DNA of 64,000 nucleotides from a bacterium (GTDB lineage: Bacteria > Hinthialibacterota > Hinthialibacteria > OLB16): positions 40,111 through 104,110 of the forward strand of contig JAJVIK010000008.1 in the NCBI GenBank assembly GCA_022072055.1, given 5' to 3'. The position numbers and the translations under genes were made by a program. The notes beneath the pieces were generated by a model, which had not been told where the DNA came from, did no database searches, and worked only from the letters and a program-made list of their open reading frames with translations. Of the stretch, positions 61,763 to 64,000 are shown piece by piece; the stretch's first letter is position 1; every line of letters begins with the position of its first letter.

Positions 61763-62923
61763 TCAGTTTTCAACAAGCGCGGTTCGATAGGCCTTCTCCA
61801 GGCTATCCACAACCGCCGGCCAAGTGAACGCCTCGGCGAAGCGGGTGCGGGCGAGTCTCCCAAGACGGGATGCGAGCGACGGGTCATCCAGGACTTGACG
61901 GAGTGCGCTCCTCCAATTCTCAGCGGCAAGACCTTCCACCAGGACTCCGCCATCGCCCAACAGAAACGGGACCTCGCCCACCGAGGAAGCCACGATCGGA
62001 AGACCATGCGCCATGGCCTCGACCACCACCAAGGGGGACTTGCAGCGGCTCATGAGGTCATCCCCCAGCGGAAACAGGAACAGCGAGGCGTTTGCGAGGA
62101 TGGCATGGACCTCCTCGCGCGCAACATACCCGGTGAATAGGGAGCGGTTTCCCAATCCGAGGCGCTCGGATTCCACTTCCAGGGCGCGGCGCGAGCTTCC
62201 ATCCCCAACCACCAAAAGGATCAGGTCGGGCGAGTCCTTGGCCGCCTCCGCGACCCCCGCGAGAACCGAGACCGGGAAATCCTCGGACTCCAGTTGACCC
62301 ACCAAGACCACGGCCCGATGGCCGCGCAATCGCTCCCTCCAGCGCTTCAGGGACTCAGGGACCTCCGGGGGCTGCACAGAACCCACCGGACCCTCGAAAA
62401 CTCGCTCCCCGGGAAAGCCCCACCGCAGGCACATCTCGCGGATGGCCGCGCTTGCCACGGTGACCGTGTCCACCCACTCCAGGATCTCGCGTTCCCAGAA
62501 CGCAACCAGGCTTCCAGCCGCCTTTGAGCCGGTCAGCCGGAACGCGACTCCCTCCGGCCCACCCTCCAGATCATCCCAGTCGTAGTGGAGCGGACGAGGC
62601 TCATGTCGCAAGGCATGGAGCAAGGGAAGGGCCGTGTCCGGGTATGGCTTCCAGAGATGCACCAGGTCCGAATCGCGGAGCCGCTCGCGGAGCTTTCCGA
62701 AGTTCCCCGGCATGGCCACCGCGCGACGGTCGAGGTTCAGGACTTCGACCCCGCGGGGCGCATCCGGGCGCAGGATGGGGAGCCTCGCGCGCCGTTCCGG
62801 GTGCGGGTAATTCACCAGGGTGACCGCATGACCCCGCCGATGGAGTTCCTCGGCCTGGCGCCAGATCCGTTCGGCGCAGCCCACATTGGCGATGTCAAAA
62901 CGCTGAACCATCAGGATCTTCAT
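61763..62923 (-). CDS. GT4-family glycosyltransferase (GT-B fold)
   Basis: MKILMVQRF start typical of GT4. C-terminal E-x7-E-like region (LVVVEAMAHGLPIVASSVGEVPFLL). Confidence 0.7.
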   Translation of the reverse strand: MKILMVQRFDIANVGCAERIWRQAEELHRRGHAVTLVNYPHPERRARLPILRPDAPRGVEVLNLDRRAVAMPGNFGKLRERLRDSDLVHLWKPYPDTALPLLHALRHEPRPLHYDWDDLEGGPEGVAFRLTGSKAAGSLVAFWEREILEWVDTVTVASAAIREMCLRWGFPGERVFEGPVGSVQPPEVPESLKRWRERLRGHRAVVLVGQLESEDFPVSVLAGVAEAAKDSPDLILLVVGDGSSRRALEVESERLGLGNRSLFTGYVAREEVHAILANASLFLFPLGDDLMSRCKSPLVVVEAMAHGLPIVASSVGEVPFLLGDGGVLVEGLAAENWRSALRQVLDDPSLASRLGRLARTRFAEAFTWPAVVDSLEKAYRTALVEN

Positions 62924-63039
62924 CGCGGCAGGATAGGGAAGCCCGGGATCGCCTGGCAAGGTGATTTTCCAAGCCTTTGGGAGTATCCTTCAATCGCTAT
63001 CGTGATAAATTGGGAAACGAGTGGGAAGTGGCTTGAACA

Positions 63040-64000
63040 ATGATGAAAAGAATCCTCGGAAACGGACTGGCTTTTGTGCTCCTGTGCATCGGGGGCGCCT
63101 CGGGGGAGGTGGTGCATCTCAAGAGCGGAGACACCATCGAGGGGGAGATCCTCGACCAAAGCGAAAAGGCGGTCTCGGTCCGTCTGCCGAAGGGCATTAC
63201 GGTCAGCATCGCGCGCGAGGATATCGAGTCGATCGAAAAGGAGGCTCCTCCCCTTGAGACCAACGAGGCGCCGGGAACCGAGGTGGAGGGTTCGATCGGG
63301 TTTTCTTTGGGAGAAGGGGAGCCGACCCCGACCCCCCTTCCGATTGTCCCGATTTCGATCAGGTTCAAACGGGTCGAGTTCACCAAGAAGGATCGCGCCA
63401 TCATTTCCGGGGGCGCGGTGTCGGAGGCCAGCGACGAGGCGGCGAGCTATCCGGACTCGAGTAGAGAGATCGCCGGGTTGGGGGATGAGTATGGGACGGC
63501 GCGGAGCTACGCGGACGGCAACAAGTATCGCCCCTTCCGCGGAACCTGGCTCGCGCTTCGCGGAAACCAACGGCTGTATGTCGGCGACACCCTCAATCCG
63601 CTCGCGGGTCCGGTGGAGCTACTCCAAAAGGACAAGGCCAAGGTGGGGCTTTACCAGGGTGGCATGGCTCACCTTCGTTTGAACGGAGTTTTCGTGGAGC
63701 GTGGGCGAACCTGGGTGGAGAACCGGGGCGAGTATCCCTTCGTGGTCGATCTGCTCAGCGTTCATATCACCTTGTTCACGGGGTTATTGCAGATTGAGTT
63801 TCTTCGCTCGGGAGTGAAGATTGTGCTTCTCGAAGGCCAGGGCCAAATCCTCAAGGAGCCTGAGCATGATGTTTTGCTGGAGCGAGTCCACGCGCCCGCC
63901 TCCCTGCTGATCGGGTCGGATCGGCGAGTGGTCAAGCAGGACACCCCGGTCGAAACCGCGCGCAAGGAGTGGGAGAAATGGAACGCGGCGATGGCGGCCG
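63040..64000 (+). CDS. Secreted FecR-domain-containing protein, 3-prime partial (runs off window end)
   Basis: Not in the ORF track because no stop occurs before the window end. ATGATG start at 63040. Signal peptide MMKRILGNGLAFVLLCIGGASG. Later LRGNQRLYVGDTLNPLAGPVELLQKDKAKVGLYQGG...GVKIVLLEGQGQI resembles the FecR domain. Confidence 0.55.
   Translation, partial: MMKRILGNGLAFVLLCIGGASGEVVHLKSGDTIEGEILDQSEKAVSVRLPKGITVSIAREDIESIEKEAPPLETNEAPGTEVEGSIGFSLGEGEPTPTPLPIVPISIRFKRVEFTKKDRAIISGGAVSEASDEAASYPDSSREIAGLGDEYGTARSYADGNKYRPFRGTWLALRGNQRLYVGDTLNPLAGPVELLQKDKAKVGLYQGGMAHLRLNGVFVERGRTWVENRGEYPFVVDLLSVHITLFTGLLQIEFLRSGVKIVLLEGQGQILKEPEHDVLLERVHAPASLLIGSDRRVVKQDTPVETARKEWEKWNAAMAA

Noticed and set aside
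1-64000. CRISPR arrays, rRNA and tRNA genes
   Set aside because: No short direct-repeat/spacer periodicity was seen. Intergenic regions are short apart from 39108..39725 and 61516..61762. Neither showed tRNA-like cloverleaf signatures or rRNA-like conserved blocks on reading.

Overview
High-GC (about 60 percent by eye) bacterial chromosomal window, densely coded. I cannot assign the organism. The gene content resembles Planctomycetota/Verrucomicrobiota-like genomes (DUF1080-ThuA fusion, DUF6807 PmoA-like protein, giant secreted repeat protein) combined with a Geobacter-style inner-membrane multiheme cytochrome repertoire. Main blocks: (1) an N-terminal secreted DUF1080/ThuA protein. (2) A lower-GC type II restriction-modification pair, Dam-like N6-adenine methyltransferase plus a 367 aa PD-(D/E)xK-like partner, overlapping as TGATG. 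(3) A DUF4212 plus sodium:solute symporter pair. (4) A six-gene minus-strand operon (about 6196..16406) with a near-consensus sigma70 promoter. It encodes a Tat-exported 4Fe-4S subunit, an NrfD-type membrane subunit, a 13-heme cytochrome c, a membrane-anchored 7-heme NapC/NirT-like (ImcH-like) cytochrome, and two paralogous giant multiheme cytochromes c (19 and 15 CXXCH) each fused to a C-terminal b-type cytochrome membrane domain (CbcL-like). Total is about 54 c-heme sites. (5) A ribokinase, small TM protein and GT-C glycosyltransferase string joined by ATGA overlaps. (6) A 16.4 kb gene for a 5460 aa secreted giant protein with Ig-like, FN3-like, beta-propeller and four NIDO-like domains. These arise from a diverged 2.3 kb tandem duplication, plus an unclassified C-terminal repeat array. 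A SurA-like PPIase follows 68 nt downstream. (7) trpF plus a B12-binding radical SAM enzyme. (8) A 16 kb same-strand string: KdgK-like kinase, DUF6807, Tat-signal enolase-superfamily dehydratase, tandem-domain PTPS, lone ABC permease, SagB-type nitroreductase, a 1095 aa MmeI-like type IIG restriction-modification fusion enzyme, a secreted 769 aa protein, and purM-purF-purC-purB. (9) An RDD/TPR protein, a small Zn-ribbon/HTH (possible IS InsA-like remnant), a GT4 glycosyltransferase, and a FecR-domain secreted protein running off the window end. No rRNA, tRNA or CRISPR was seen. Most candidate for an undescribed system: the composite Nhc-like plus ImcH-like plus double CbcL-like cytochrome operon. 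Next: the NIDO-domain giant protein and the two restriction-modification modules.
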